DNA from: an uncultured Muribaculaceae bacterium
Lineage (GTDB): Bacteria > Bacillota_I > Bacilli_A > RF39 > UBA660
Length of the DNA: 64,000 nt
Assembly (NCBI GenBank): GCA_964616645.1
Contig: CAZTUM010000001.1
Location: 9,318-73,317 of the forward strand
Reading direction: 5' to 3'
Positions 48,962-59,148 of this stretch are shown one piece after another (position 1 is the stretch's first letter; the number at the start of each line of letters is the position of its first letter). The notes beneath the pieces are model-generated. The model was not told the origin of the DNA and did not search any database. It saw nothing but the letters and a program-made list of their open reading frames with translations. A program made the translations under genes and the position numbers.

Positions 48962-49951
48962 TTATCTATCTATCATATATAAGTTGTCTAATAGTATTCC
49001 TGTTCCTTCTGCTACACAAGTTAGAGGACTTTCTGCGATAAATACTGGTACTTTTAATTCTTGACTGAGTAAGTTACTGAATCCATCTACCATCGCTCCT
49101 CCTCCAGTTAGGACAATTCCTTTATCTATTATGTCCGCGGATAATTCTGGTGGTGTTTGTTCTAATATACCTTTAGCACAGTGAATAATAGTATATACAC
49201 TTTCTCTTAATGCTTCTTCTACTTCATCTGAATTTAGTGTGATGGTATGTGGAAGTCCTGTTACTAAATCTCTTCCACGTACTTCCATTTTTTCTTTACG
49301 TGAGCCTGGAAAAACTGTTCCTATTGTTTTTTTTATGTCTTCCGCGGTTCTTTCTCCTATTAATAGTTTATATTTGTCTTTAATATATTTAACAATATCT
49401 AAATCAAAAGCATTTCCCGCTATTCTAATAGATGAAGAGTTAACTATTCCTCCTAATGATAAAATAGCTATATCTGTTGTTCCTCCTCCAATATCTATTA
49501 CCATGTTACCACTTGGTTTTGATATATCCATACCCGCTCCTACCGCAGCTACTTTAGGTTCTTCTTCTAAAAATACTCTTTTAGCTCCTGTTCTTTCTGC
49601 AGCTTCTTTTATTGCGTTTTTTTCTACTTGTGTGATATTTGATGGACAACATATAAGTATTCTTGGTCTTGATAGGAAGTTTTTACCATTTACTTTTTTT
49701 ATAAAGTGATTTAACATTATTTCTGTTGTTTCAAAATCTGCAATTACACCATCTTTCATAGGTTTAATTGCTTTTACTTTCCCTGGAGTACGTCCTAACA
49801 TTTCGTGAGCTTCTTTACCTACTGCTAGGGCTTTTTTTGTTTCTGAATCTATTGCAACAACGCTTGGTTCATTTAAAACTATTCCTTGTCCTTTTATATA
49901 TATAAGTACATTCGCGGTTCCTAAATCTATTCCAATATCTTTATTAAACAT
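48962..49951 (-). CDS. mreB: Rod-shape-determining actin homologue MreB/Mbl.
   Basis: MFNKDIGIDLGTANVLIY, adjacent to spoIIID as mbl is in Bacillus. Confidence 0.9.
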   Translation of the reverse strand: MFNKDIGIDLGTANVLIYIKGQGIVLNEPSVVAIDSETKKALAVGKEAHEMLGRTPGKVKAIKPMKDGVIADFETTEIMLNHFIKKVNGKNFLSRPRILICCPSNITQVEKNAIKEAAERTGAKRVFLEEEPKVAAVGAGMDISKPSGNMVIDIGGGTTDIAILSLGGIVNSSSIRIAGNAFDLDIVKYIKDKYKLLIGERTAEDIKKTIGTVFPGSRKEKMEVRGRDLVTGLPHTITLNSDEVEEALRESVYTIIHCAKGILEQTPPELSADIIDKGIVLTGGGAMVDGFSNLLSQELKVPVFIAESPLTCVAEGTGILLDNLYMIDR

Positions 49952-50003
49952 AATATCACCTTCTTATCTATATTTTACCATATATTGCCTTTTTTTAAAA
50001 TAT

Positions 50004-50261
50004 TTATATTGTTTTTTTTAGCATAAACTTTTTACGTGTAGACTCTCCACCTTTGATATGTCTAGTATCTATATGTTCTTTTAATATGGGTAATGTCTTT
50101 AAATAAAGATTTCTATCTATTTCTATTAATCTTTTAGATATATCTTTATGAACAGTACTTTTACTAACATTAAAATATTTAGCTATTTGTCTAATGGTAT
50201 TTTTTGTTTCTACTAGATAGTTGCTTTCTTTAAGTACTCTATCTATTATAAATTTATTCAT
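50004..50261 (-). CDS. spoIIID: Sporulation transcriptional regulator SpoIIID.
   Basis: 85 aa with the HTH YFNVSKSTVHKDI. Confidence 0.85.
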   Translation of the reverse strand: MNKFIIDRVLKESNYLVETKNTIRQIAKYFNVSKSTVHKDISKRLIEIDRNLYLKTLPILKEHIDTRHIKGGESTRKKFMLKKTI

Positions 50262-50337
50262 ATTATTCTCCTTATAATATACTATATTATAAACGATATA
50301 ATAATATGTAAAAGAAAATAGGCTTTAAATGTAATGC

Positions 50338-50976
50338 CTATAATTCTTGGGTTTTTTTACCAAAATATTCTTCTGGGTTTACTACCATGCCTTTATAATA
50401 TAATTCAAAATGAAGATGTTCTTTTAATTCTTGGTTTATGTTATTAGTACCACTTGTACCAATGATTTGTCCTTGCAATACTGTGTCATCTTTTTTTACA
50501 GTTACATTTGATAAACTTTGGTATATGCTTATTAACTCATTATTATGTCTTATTTCTACTGTAGTTCCTAATATGTTATCTTCTTTAACATCTATGATAG
50601 TACCATCTAATATAGATACTACATCAAAGGTACCTTCTTTTTTATAATCTATACCTGAGTTTTGCATATATGTATTTTCATAATATATAATAGCATTTTC
50701 TTGATTTGTAGCATCACTTTGGTAGTCATAGTAGTCTTTTACTATTTTTACATTTTCATCTAAATATGGTCTTATTAATACTTCAACATTTCCTACTACT
50801 GGAATACTGTAACTTTCGTTAAGTATTTCTTTATCTACGTATTTAATGTTATTTGAGGTATCTTTAAAGACTATATTACTGAATAATATTTGAATAAAGT
50901 ATATACTTAGTCCAAAGGCTATTACCGATAAAAAATATATTGTTGGTATAGCTATTTTTTTTAATTTTTTTTGCAT
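50338..50976 (-). CDS. M23 (LytM) peptidase-domain membrane protein, SpoIIQ-like.
   Basis: N-terminal TM helix; M23 domain that retains the HLHFE (HxH) motif; located between spoIID and spoIIID. Confidence 0.55.
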   Translation of the reverse strand: MQKKLKKIAIPTIYFLSVIAFGLSIYFIQILFSNIVFKDTSNNIKYVDKEILNESYSIPVVGNVEVLIRPYLDENVKIVKDYYDYQSDATNQENAIIYYENTYMQNSGIDYKKEGTFDVVSILDGTIIDVKEDNILGTTVEIRHNNELISIYQSLSNVTVKKDDTVLQGQIIGTSGTNNINQELKEHLHFELYYKGMVVNPEEYFGKKTQEL

Positions 50977-51029
50977 ATTTTTTCACCTCTATTTTAAGTT
51001 TTAACAGAAATGAAAAATATATACATTTT

Positions 51030-51947
51030 TTATAATTTTTTTACTGTAGTATTCTGATAATAGTATGTTAGTATTTCATCGTATGTATAACCTATTTTTG
51101 CCATACCTAATGCTCCATATTGACTCATACCAACTCCATGTCCATATCCTGTGGTTGTAATTATTACATTATCTTTATCTTGTGTAATTGTAAAATCAGT
51201 AGAACGAAGTGATAATTTTGAATATAATTCTCTTCCTGTATATTCAGTGTCATTTATTTTTAATTTTAAGATACGATTAGTAGGGCTTCTTTCTAATATT
51301 TCTATTTTTAAATTATCTTGATATGACATAGATAATTTTTTGTAGAATTCTAATAAAGATATAGTAGTTTCTTTTTTATATAATTCGTTTTCTTCTTCAT
51401 CCCATGGGGAAGATACGCTTTTTAAATATGATACATCAAAGTTAAATACTAAATTGCTATCTTCTGTATATCCATTACTAGTAGAGAAGAATAGAGCATC
51501 TACTATTTTCCCATCATATTCTAAATATTCATTATATGTATCATTTACTGCTTTTTTTAGTTTGTTTATATTTTTTATATAGTTATTACCCCAAGTTTTT
51601 TTTAGATAGTTATTATCAAGATATACTTGATTGCTTATACTATCTACTACATCATATTCTTTATCTTTGTTATATTCTATTCTTTTTAGAGCATAACTAC
51701 GTGATGCGACCGCTTGTGCTTTTAAGGCTTCTATATCAAAAGTAACAGGCATCTCTCCTGCTAATACACCTAAGATGTATTCATTTATATCTAGTGTTTC
51801 TATAGTAGATGTTTTTAATCTTTTTACTCTAATACTTATATTACTGTTAGTATATAGATTTATTTCTTTTATATTTTTTTCATATATTTGTAATATTATG
51901 TATGGTATTAATATAATAAAAAAAGTAAATATTAATATTTTTTTCAT
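51030..51947 (-). CDS. spoIID: Stage II sporulation protein D (SpoIID/LytB lytic transglycosylase).
   Basis: EYILGVLAGEMPVTFDIEALKAQAVASRSYAL is the SpoIID signature. Confidence 0.8.
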   Translation of the reverse strand: MKKILIFTFFIILIPYIILQIYEKNIKEINLYTNSNISIRVKRLKTSTIETLDINEYILGVLAGEMPVTFDIEALKAQAVASRSYALKRIEYNKDKEYDVVDSISNQVYLDNNYLKKTWGNNYIKNINKLKKAVNDTYNEYLEYDGKIVDALFFSTSNGYTEDSNLVFNFDVSYLKSVSSPWDEEENELYKKETTISLLEFYKKLSMSYQDNLKIEILERSPTNRILKLKINDTEYTGRELYSKLSLRSTDFTITQDKDNVIITTTGYGHGVGMSQYGALGMAKIGYTYDEILTYYYQNTTVKKL

Positions 51948-51958
51948 AGTTCCTCCTA

Positions 51959-52159
51959 TTAATTAGTTATTACTACAAAATCATATATAAAATTTACTAC
52001 TAAATAACTTATTGAGAATATTAAAGCTATGTAGAATATTCTAGCTTGTATAATTTTGTTTTTTTTAAATATTTGGTTTATATTAATACTATCTATACTC
52101 CAAGTAATTATAGGAAATATTACAATATAAAGTATTATTTTAAACATTTTCATACTCAC
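51959..52159 (-). CDS. Small hydrophobic protein, hypothetical.
   Basis: 66 aa with two predicted TM helices; overlaps the rpiB start by 20 nt. Confidence 0.25.
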   Translation of the reverse strand: MSMKMFKIILYIVIFPIITWSIDSININQIFKKNKIIQARIFYIALIFSISYLVVNFIYDFVVITN

Positions 52160-52580
52160 TAATTTTGTTTATTCTACTTATATGTCTTTTATCATTTGAA
52201 AATGATGTATTTATAAAAGTTAAAGCTATTTCTTTTGCTAATTCGTTAGGTATTTTACTCGATAGGGCTATTGCGTTTGCATTATTATGACTTCTAGCTA
52301 AAGTTGCTTCTTCTTTAGAATTTATTTTAGCACAACGAATGTTTTTTACTTTGTTTAATGCTATATCCATACCTAATCCCGTTCCACATATTGCTATTCC
52401 CAAATCTACTTCTTTATTATTTATAGCACTTCCTAGTTTAAATGCATAATCTGGATAATCTACACTATCATCTGTATAAGCACCATAATCAACAACATTA
52501 TATCCTATATTTTCTAAATAATTTGTCAGTGTTTGTTTTAATATTAATCCTCGATGGTCATTAGTTATTCCTATTTTCAT
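52140..52580 (-). CDS. rpiB: Ribose-5-phosphate isomerase B.
   Basis: MKIGITNDHRG...ICGTGLGMDIALNK. Confidence 0.85.
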   Translation of the reverse strand: MKIGITNDHRGLILKQTLTNYLENIGYNVVDYGAYTDDSVDYPDYAFKLGSAINNKEVDLGIAICGTGLGMDIALNKVKNIRCAKINSKEEATLARSHNNANAIALSSKIPNELAKEIALTFINTSFSNDKRHISRINKISEYENV

Positions 52581-52683
52581 TTTATCAGCTTCTTTCTTAA
52601 ATATTAAAATAAGTTTTACTTAACTTATCTTTATAATAATTATATCATAAGACTTTTAAATAATATATTAATTTATGTAATTA

Positions 52684-53220
52684 TTATTTATTTATTAATG
52701 TTAATACTTTATGATAGTGCTTTTCTATAGTTGTATCTAAATCTTCTAGTGTTGATATAACTGGATAATTACTTTTATTTAATTTAGGGTCAAAATGAAT
52801 TGGTAGTCCTCCTTTGTTTGTCCATGGAAGTAAATTTCCTTTATAATCATCTACTAATATTGCATTATGTGGATTTACATATAAAGATTTTTCAATTTGT
52901 TTAGGTACACAGATTACTTCTATATTTTTTATATATTCTTTTATTATACTAATTTTAGCTTGTTCTTCTTCTTGTGAGTTTACATGAGATAGTATTTTTG
53001 TTATATATCTATTATCGTTACATAATTGTTGTAAGTAGTAGATAGAATTATTAATTTGTTTAGCATTAGTTATCATTGTATAAAAATCTATTTGTTTTAT
53101 GTATTTGCGTACTTCTTCTTCTTTAGTTAGACCTTCCTTTATTATTAGTGTATCTATTATTTCATTGGTATTAAATAATACTCCATCAAAGTCTATATAT
53201 CTATATATTTTATTATTCAT
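52684..53220 (-). CDS. HAD-superfamily 5'(3')-deoxyribonucleotidase-like protein.
   Basis: DFDGVL (DxDG) HAD motif I near the N-terminus; about 178 aa. Confidence 0.45.
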   Translation of the reverse strand: MNNKIYRYIDFDGVLFNTNEIIDTLIIKEGLTKEEEVRKYIKQIDFYTMITNAKQINNSIYYLQQLCNDNRYITKILSHVNSQEEEQAKISIIKEYIKNIEVICVPKQIEKSLYVNPHNAILVDDYKGNLLPWTNKGGLPIHFDPKLNKSNYPVISTLEDLDTTIEKHYHKVLTLINK

Positions 53221-53297
53221 AAAAACCTCCTGTGGTAATTAATATATGCTTATATAATTATATATATGTTTATTAAAAAAAGATAAGCTCTCTTATC

Positions 53298-53498
53298 TTA
53301 GTTTAAACCATATTTTTTGTTGAATTTTTCAACGTTTCCTTTTTTAGAAGCTAGTACTTGCTTGCCAGTATAGAAAGGATGACATTTTGAACATACTTCA
53401 ACATGAATATCTTTTATTGTTGATTCTGTTTTAAATGTTTCTCCACAAGCACATACTACTGTTGCTTCAACTGTTTTTGGATGTATTCCTTTTTTCAT
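53298..53498 (-). CDS. rpmE: 50S ribosomal protein L31. The true start is MKKGIHPK, preceded by an AAGGAGG RBS.
   Basis: [22 protein letters not shown]...[12 protein letters not shown]. Confidence 0.9.
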   Translation of the reverse strand: MKKGIHPKTVEATVVCACGETFKTESTIKDIHVEVCSKCHPFYTGKQVLASKKGNVEKFNKKYGLN

Positions 53499-53559
53499 TT
53501 TTTTCCTCCTTGTCCGCCATGACAAATGTCATAGTAATAAAATTACTTGTTATATTATA

Positions 53560-54252
53560 TCAATAATTTTTTATTTTTTCAAGGATTATTTGATAAATTT
53601 GGTAATATCCATTATTATTTGGTATAAAATTAGTGCTATTTATAAAATATTTAGGATTATTATTTAATATTGAGGCAATATCTATGTATTCAAAACCATA
53701 TAATTTAGTTATTTCTTTTAATTTTATATTAGCATAATTAAATATATCTTGATTGGTAGTAGTAGTATTATAGTAATTTAGTACTAATATTTTACGATGA
53801 TTTAGTTTACTTATTTTATTAAATAGTATATCTATATCTTCCATCATAGTATTTATATATTCATATATATTATTATTATCTGTTAATAATTTATAGTATA
53901 ATTCATTCATACCAAGAGAAATTGTTATTAAATCTGATTTAGATATTAGTTGATTAATTGTTATTTTTTTGGTACCTATTATAGTTTCTTTTGAGGTATC
54001 TAATTGATTAATCATATCTGTTATACGATTATATTTACTTGTAAATGTTTTGTCGTATCCTTCTAGGAGGTTATTTTTTTTTAAATAGTCTCTTATGTAA
54101 TCACTATATCCTTGTCCTGTCTCGCTATAGGGTGTACTGCCTTTAGATATGGCATCTCCTAAAGATAAATAGTATATTTTATTGTCTTGCGTTTTTGTAT
54201 GTATTATATAACATGTAAGAAAAAGAATTAAGATAAATATAATTTTTTTCAT
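53560..54252 (-). CDS. Secreted SGNH/GDSL-like hydrolase.
   Basis: Signal peptide, then YLSLGDAISKG (a GDS(L)-like block). Confidence 0.45.
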   Translation of the reverse strand: MKKIIFILILFLTCYIIHTKTQDNKIYYLSLGDAISKGSTPYSETGQGYSDYIRDYLKKNNLLEGYDKTFTSKYNRITDMINQLDTSKETIIGTKKITINQLISKSDLITISLGMNELYYKLLTDNNNIYEYINTMMEDIDILFNKISKLNHRKILVLNYYNTTTTNQDIFNYANIKLKEITKLYGFEYIDIASILNNNPKYFINSTNFIPNNNGYYQIYQIILEKIKNY

Positions 54253-54278
54253 AGGTCACTTCCTACTTTAATATATAT

Positions 54279-55529
54279 TTAAATTAATTCTATTTTAGCA
54301 CCTACTTTAGCTAATTTGTTTATTATATCATCATAACCTCTTAAGATATGCTCTATATTATCTATAATGGTTATTCCTTCTGAGATTAAACCTAGAACTA
54401 CTAATGAAGCTCCTCCTCTTAGGTCTGTTGCAGATACGTTTTTACCTTTTAAGGGTGTTGGACCTGATATTATAGCTATTTTATTATCTATTACTTCTAT
54501 TGAGGCACCCATTTTGTTTGTATCTTTTATATTTTGAAATCGATTTTCATATATCGTTTCTTCTACTTTACTTATGCCATGGCACTGTGTTAGTAGAGGA
54601 ATTATTACTTGTTGTAAGTCTGTTGGGTATCCTGGATATGCTAATGTTTTTATGTTTATTGGTTTATAATTTTTTTCTGCATTAATTATTATATTATCAT
54701 CATTTATTTGTAATAAAGAACCACATTCTTTTAATTTTGAAGTTAAAGATTCTAGGTGACTAGGAATTATTTTGTTTATTTTTAAGTTATTCCCTAATAA
54801 AGCTCCAATTATTAAATAGGTTCCAGCTTCTATTCTATCTGGGATTACTTCAGTAAAACATTTATGAAGATATCTCACTCCTTCTATTTTTATTATGCTT
54901 GTTCCTGCACCTTTTATTTTTGCTCCCATATTGTTTAAGAATGTTGCGACACTTACTATTTCTGGTTCTTTTGCCGCATTTTCTATGGTTGTTATACCTT
55001 CTGCTTTAACTGAAGCTAAGATAGTATTTATAGTAGCTCCTACTGATGGCATATCTAAATATACATATCCTCCTATTAGTTTTTTAGCGGTTATTTTATA
55101 TTTATTTCCATCTTCTTCTATAGTTGCTCCTAATGCACGATATCCTTTTAATGTTTGGTCAATTGGGCGTGCTCCTATTGAACAACCACCTGGGAAATAC
55201 ATAGATACTTCTTTATATTTTCCTAATAAAGCAGACATAAAATAATATGATGCTCGTAGTTTTTTTGAAATATTTTCTGGAATTTCTTTGTTTTCTAGCG
55301 ATGTTACATCTATTTTTATTGTATCTTTTTTTCTTTCTACTTTTGCATTTAAATAGGTTAAAATTTCTTCTAATGCTTTTACATCTGATATATTAGGAAT
55401 ATTACTAATTGTACATTCTTCATCACATAAAATAGCAGCGGGGATTAATGCTACTGCACTATTTTTTGCACCACTTATATTAATAGTGCCACTTAATGGA
55501 TGTTTTCCTTCTATTTTTATTTTAGGCAT
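54279..55529 (-). CDS. murA: UDP-N-acetylglucosamine 1-carboxyvinyltransferase.
   Basis: MPKIKIEGKHPLSGTINISGAKNSAVALIPAAIL. Confidence 0.9.
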   Translation of the reverse strand: MPKIKIEGKHPLSGTINISGAKNSAVALIPAAILCDEECTISNIPNISDVKALEEILTYLNAKVERKKDTIKIDVTSLENKEIPENISKKLRASYYFMSALLGKYKEVSMYFPGGCSIGARPIDQTLKGYRALGATIEEDGNKYKITAKKLIGGYVYLDMPSVGATINTILASVKAEGITTIENAAKEPEIVSVATFLNNMGAKIKGAGTSIIKIEGVRYLHKCFTEVIPDRIEAGTYLIIGALLGNNLKINKIIPSHLESLTSKLKECGSLLQINDDNIIINAEKNYKPINIKTLAYPGYPTDLQQVIIPLLTQCHGISKVEETIYENRFQNIKDTNKMGASIEVIDNKIAIISGPTPLKGKNVSATDLRGGASLVVLGLISEGITIIDNIEHILRGYDDIINKLAKVGAKIELI

Positions 55530-55615
55530 ATTTACCTCCTACTAATATAGTATATGTTTTTTTCTTAGTTTGACATTCTTTTCTTTTTATAGTTTTATTT
55601 ATCTGATTTAATGAT

Positions 55616-55658
55616 AACAAAAAATATAAAGAGAAGTCAAGGGCTTGGCATTCTCTTT
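55616..55658 (-). terminator. Rho-independent terminator downstream of mntP.
   Basis: aaagaga...tctcttt stem, with a T-run on the minus strand. Confidence 0.5.
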
Positions 55659-55671
55659 ACATGTTATGTAG

Positions 55672-56205
55672 TTATTTAAATAAATATATTATTCCTAAAA
55701 TTAATAAAATTATACTTCCTATTAGTGTAGAATATTTGCCATATTTTTGATTTAATGTAGTACCTAGATTAAGTCCTAGGTAAGTGAATATTATACTTGT
55801 TATCATAAATATTAATGAACATTGTATGTAGTTTGGATTTATTACATTTAACCCTATTCCTGTAGAAAAGCTATCTATACTGACGCTTAAACCAAATATT
55901 AAGAAACCTATTATTGATAGAGGAGGTAAGTTTTCTTCTTTTGATACTGATGTTATCATTTGTAGAGATATTACTATAAATATTATGCCTAGTAATATAT
56001 TTAAATTTATCATTATGTACTTTGTTATTATACTTTCTAAAATATTTCCTAATAATGGCATAATAAAATGATAAATGCCTACTACTAATGATAATATAAT
56101 TTTATTTTTTTTAGATAATCCTATAGTACCATATAGTAATGATAATGAAAAAGTATCCATACTTAGACTTATTCCTATTATAATTGTTGTTATTAATATA
56201 TTCAT
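55672..56205 (-). CDS. mntP: Putative manganese efflux pump MntP (DUF204).
   Basis: N-terminus MNILITTIIIGISLSMDTFSLSL; 6 TM helices. Confidence 0.7.
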   Translation of the reverse strand: MNILITTIIIGISLSMDTFSLSLLYGTIGLSKKNKIILSLVVGIYHFIMPLLGNILESIITKYIMINLNILLGIIFIVISLQMITSVSKEENLPPLSIIGFLIFGLSVSIDSFSTGIGLNVINPNYIQCSLIFMITSIIFTYLGLNLGTTLNQKYGKYSTLIGSIILLILGIIYLFK

Positions 56206-56235
56206 ATACTCACCTAAATAAATATATTAATTTAG

Positions 56236-56760
56236 TTAATCGAATATGTTTTCTAATAGTTCTACTACTTTAAATTTATATTCTATTTCAGTATTTTCTT
56301 CTGATTCTAATAGGCATAACGGAGGAAATAAGACACACCACCAGTTATCTCCTAGACCTTTACCTATAGTAATTACTAATGATTCATATTCTCCTTCTTT
56401 ATATTCTATACCTTTATAATATTTTGAAGGAAAATAATTTATACCAAAATTTATAGATATATCTTCTTGATAATTTTTTTCTTTAAATAAATTAGTTATT
56501 TTTGTTTTATATGTATTTAGATTGGTTGTAATTATTTCTCTTGATGTTTCTATATCTTTTACGTTAGTTAGTGTATTACTTATTTCATTTTCTAATATTT
56601 TTCTTACTTCTTGTTTCATATATTGGTCATATGTGGTGTTAGATGAAGCTATTATTCTTAATCTTATTGCACTAGATGGTATTATTATAGTGTTATTATT
56701 TTTATTTAATACTTGAGATATTATTAATATTATAGCAATTATAGGTATTATTTTCTTCAT
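56236..56760 (-). CDS. spoIIR: Stage II sporulation protein R.
   Basis: Signal peptide plus AIRLRIIASSNTTYDQYMKQEVR, the SpoIIR signature. Confidence 0.75.
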   Translation of the reverse strand: MKKIIPIIAIILIISQVLNKNNNTIIIPSSAIRLRIIASSNTTYDQYMKQEVRKILENEISNTLTNVKDIETSREIITTNLNTYKTKITNLFKEKNYQEDISINFGINYFPSKYYKGIEYKEGEYESLVITIGKGLGDNWWCVLFPPLCLLESEENTEIEYKFKVVELLENIFD

Positions 56761-56804
56761 AAAAAATCACCCTTTCATTTAATATTGAGTGATTTTAATT
56801 ATTT

Positions 56805-57566
56805 TTATTCATTTTTATTATAAATAAAGATGTATCTATCTTTATTACTATAATCTTTTTCAACAGATATTTCTATATTATTTAAATATTTATTAGCGTA
56901 GTATTTAATTTTATCTGCTTGTTTATAACCTATTTCAAAAGCAATTAGAAATGGGGGAGTTATATCTATATTTTTTAATATAGCTTCATAAAAATATAAT
57001 CCATTATTTTTAGCATATAATGCTATATGTGGTTCGTTATCTTTTACTATATCCATGATTGGTTCAGTGTAACTTATATATGGGGGATTACTAATAATTA
57101 TATTATATTTTTTTGTTAAAGGTTTTGTTATATCTTTTTTAATAAATTTAATATTAGCGTTATTATTTTTAGCATTTATACTAGCTAAGTATAATGCTTG
57201 TTTGCTTATGTCATATGCATCTATTTCAAGGTTTGGTAGAATATTTTTTAGAGCTATTGCTATACAACCAGAGCCAGTTCCTAAATCTGCAAGGGTTAGG
57301 GTAGGGGTATTAAATATTTTATTAATATACTTAATTGTTTTTTCTACAAGTAATTCTGTTTCAAAGCGTGGAATTAAAACATTTTTATTTACTTTTATTT
57401 TGTATCCATAAAAATCTACATTACCTATTATATACTGAATAGGTTCTTTATTTTTAATACGTTTAATTCCTTCTTGATATAATTTTTCTGTATAGATACC
57501 TTCTTTTTTTAAATAATTTAAATAGTATTCTAATTGATGTTTATCTAAATTATCTTTATATTCCAT
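56805..57566 (-). CDS. prmC: Release-factor glutamine N5-methyltransferase PrmC (HemK).
   Basis: IISNPPY motif; overlaps the upstream prfA. Confidence 0.85.
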   Translation of the reverse strand: MEYKDNLDKHQLEYYLNYLKKEGIYTEKLYQEGIKRIKNKEPIQYIIGNVDFYGYKIKVNKNVLIPRFETELLVEKTIKYINKIFNTPTLTLADLGTGSGCIAIALKNILPNLEIDAYDISKQALYLASINAKNNNANIKFIKKDITKPLTKKYNIIISNPPYISYTEPIMDIVKDNEPHIALYAKNNGLYFYEAILKNIDITPPFLIAFEIGYKQADKIKYYANKYLNNIEISVEKDYSNKDRYIFIYNKNE

Positions 57567-58620
57567 GGTTTCCTTCTAATTCTAATTTTTGATTTGCCGT
57601 GATTAATTCTTCAATTATAATACCTAAATCTCCATCCATAATTCTGTCTAAGTTCATAGATGTAAAACCAATACGATGGTCAGTTACTCTATTTTGAGGA
57701 TAATTATATGTTCTTATTTTTTCTGACCTATCTCCTGTACCTATCTTTATTTTCCTTTCTGCATGGGATTTTTCTTCTTGTTCTCTTAATTTTAAATCAT
57801 ATAACCTTGTTTTTAATATTTTCATGGCTAATTCTTTATTCTTTATTTGGCTTCTTTCTGTTTGTGAGTATACAATTATACCTGTTGGAATGTGTGTTAG
57901 GCGAACAGCTGAATCTGTTGTGTTTACTCCTTGTCCTCCACATCCTGAGCTTCTTGTAATGTCAATACGTACTTCTTTTTCATCTAATTCAAAGTCAAAT
58001 TCTTCTGCTTCTGGCATTACTAAAACAGTCGCGGTTGAAGTATGTACTCTACCACCTGATTCAGTAGTAGGTACTCTTTGAACACGGTGAGAGCCACTTT
58101 CATATTTTAGTTTAGAATATGCTCCTTCTCCTTTTATCATAAATTCTATTTGTGAAAACCCTCCTGCAGACCCTTCTGTTTGATTTAATATTTCTATTTT
58201 CCAGCCAAAATTAGTTATATATTTTTGATACATATCAAATAAATTACCTGCGAAGATATTTGCTTCATCTCCTCCTGCGGCCCCGCGGATTTCTACTATA
58301 ACATTTTTATCATCATTAGTATCATGTGGTAATAATAATATTTCTAATTTACTTGTTAGTTGTTTTTCTTCTTGTTCTTTTGTTTCTACCTCTTCTTTAG
58401 CATACTCATACATATCTTTGTCTTTCATTAATTCTTTAGCTTCTTCTTTTTCTGTTAGTACTTTTTTATATTCTGTATAAGTATCCACTATTTCTTTTAG
58501 TCTTACTTGTTCTTTTGATAATTCTGTCATTTTTTTTATATCTTCTAATATTTCTTTTTTTGATAATTCATTAGTTATTTCTTTATATCTTGTTAATATC
58601 ATTTCTAGTCTGTTTATCAT
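57556..58620 (-). CDS. prfA: Peptide chain release factor 1.
   Basis: GGQ motif region SGCGGQGVNTTDSAVRLTHIPTG, and the PxT-domain region. Confidence 0.9.
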   Translation of the reverse strand: MINRLEMILTRYKEITNELSKKEILEDIKKMTELSKEQVRLKEIVDTYTEYKKVLTEKEEAKELMKDKDMYEYAKEEVETKEQEEKQLTSKLEILLLPHDTNDDKNVIVEIRGAAGGDEANIFAGNLFDMYQKYITNFGWKIEILNQTEGSAGGFSQIEFMIKGEGAYSKLKYESGSHRVQRVPTTESGGRVHTSTATVLVMPEAEEFDFELDEKEVRIDITRSSGCGGQGVNTTDSAVRLTHIPTGIIVYSQTERSQIKNKELAMKILKTRLYDLKLREQEEKSHAERKIKIGTGDRSEKIRTYNYPQNRVTDHRIGFTSMNLDRIMDGDLGIIIEELITANQKLELEGNHGI

Positions 58621-58692
58621 TATTATCAGTCCTTTTCTTCTAAATTATATTATAAATTATTAGTTATGTAAAGAGAAAAAAACTAGATTTAA

Positions 58693-59139
58693 TTAATCTT
58701 CTAGTTCTTCTTCACCTACAATTGATAAATCTGATAAATCTTCTTCATCAAAATCATCATCTACTAAATCATCATAGTTTTCTTCTTCATCAATATTTTC
58801 TTCTTCTATTTCATCTTCTTCTATTTCATCTTCTTTAATATTTATATCAAAATCTTCTTCATCGTATATTTCATCTATATTAATTTTAACAGCGTGATTT
58901 TCTTTTAAATCCCAATTACCATCAGGTAGTAATATAAATTCCTTTGCTGTGGTTAGACTTTCAAAAAAGTCAGGCATTTTATCTATATATATATTTTCAT
59001 CTAATTCTAATAATTTGCATACTTCTTTAAACAATGATGCTGTGTTCATTGTGGTTTTATTTTCTTTTAAATATAATTCTGCTAATTTCACGTAAGATAA
59101 TTGTTCTAATTCATCTTTTGTCATTTTATTTAATTTCAT
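58693..59139 (-). CDS. rpoE: RNA polymerase delta subunit.
   Basis: HARE-HTH N-terminal domain (SYVKLAELYLKENK) and a poly-acidic C-terminal tail. Confidence 0.65.
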   Translation of the reverse strand: MKLNKMTKDELEQLSYVKLAELYLKENKTTMNTASLFKEVCKLLELDENIYIDKMPDFFESLTTAKEFILLPDGNWDLKENHAVKINIDEIYDEEDFDINIKEDEIEEDEIEEENIDEEENYDDLVDDDFDEEDLSDLSIVGEEELED

Positions 59140-59148
59140 ATTTTCCTC

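Noticed and set aside
56206-56235. A yybP-ykoY manganese riboswitch upstream of mntP.
   Set aside because: Only about 30 bp separate mntP from the upstream spoIIR, which is too short for the riboswitch. mntP here is probably co-transcribed or uses a short leader.
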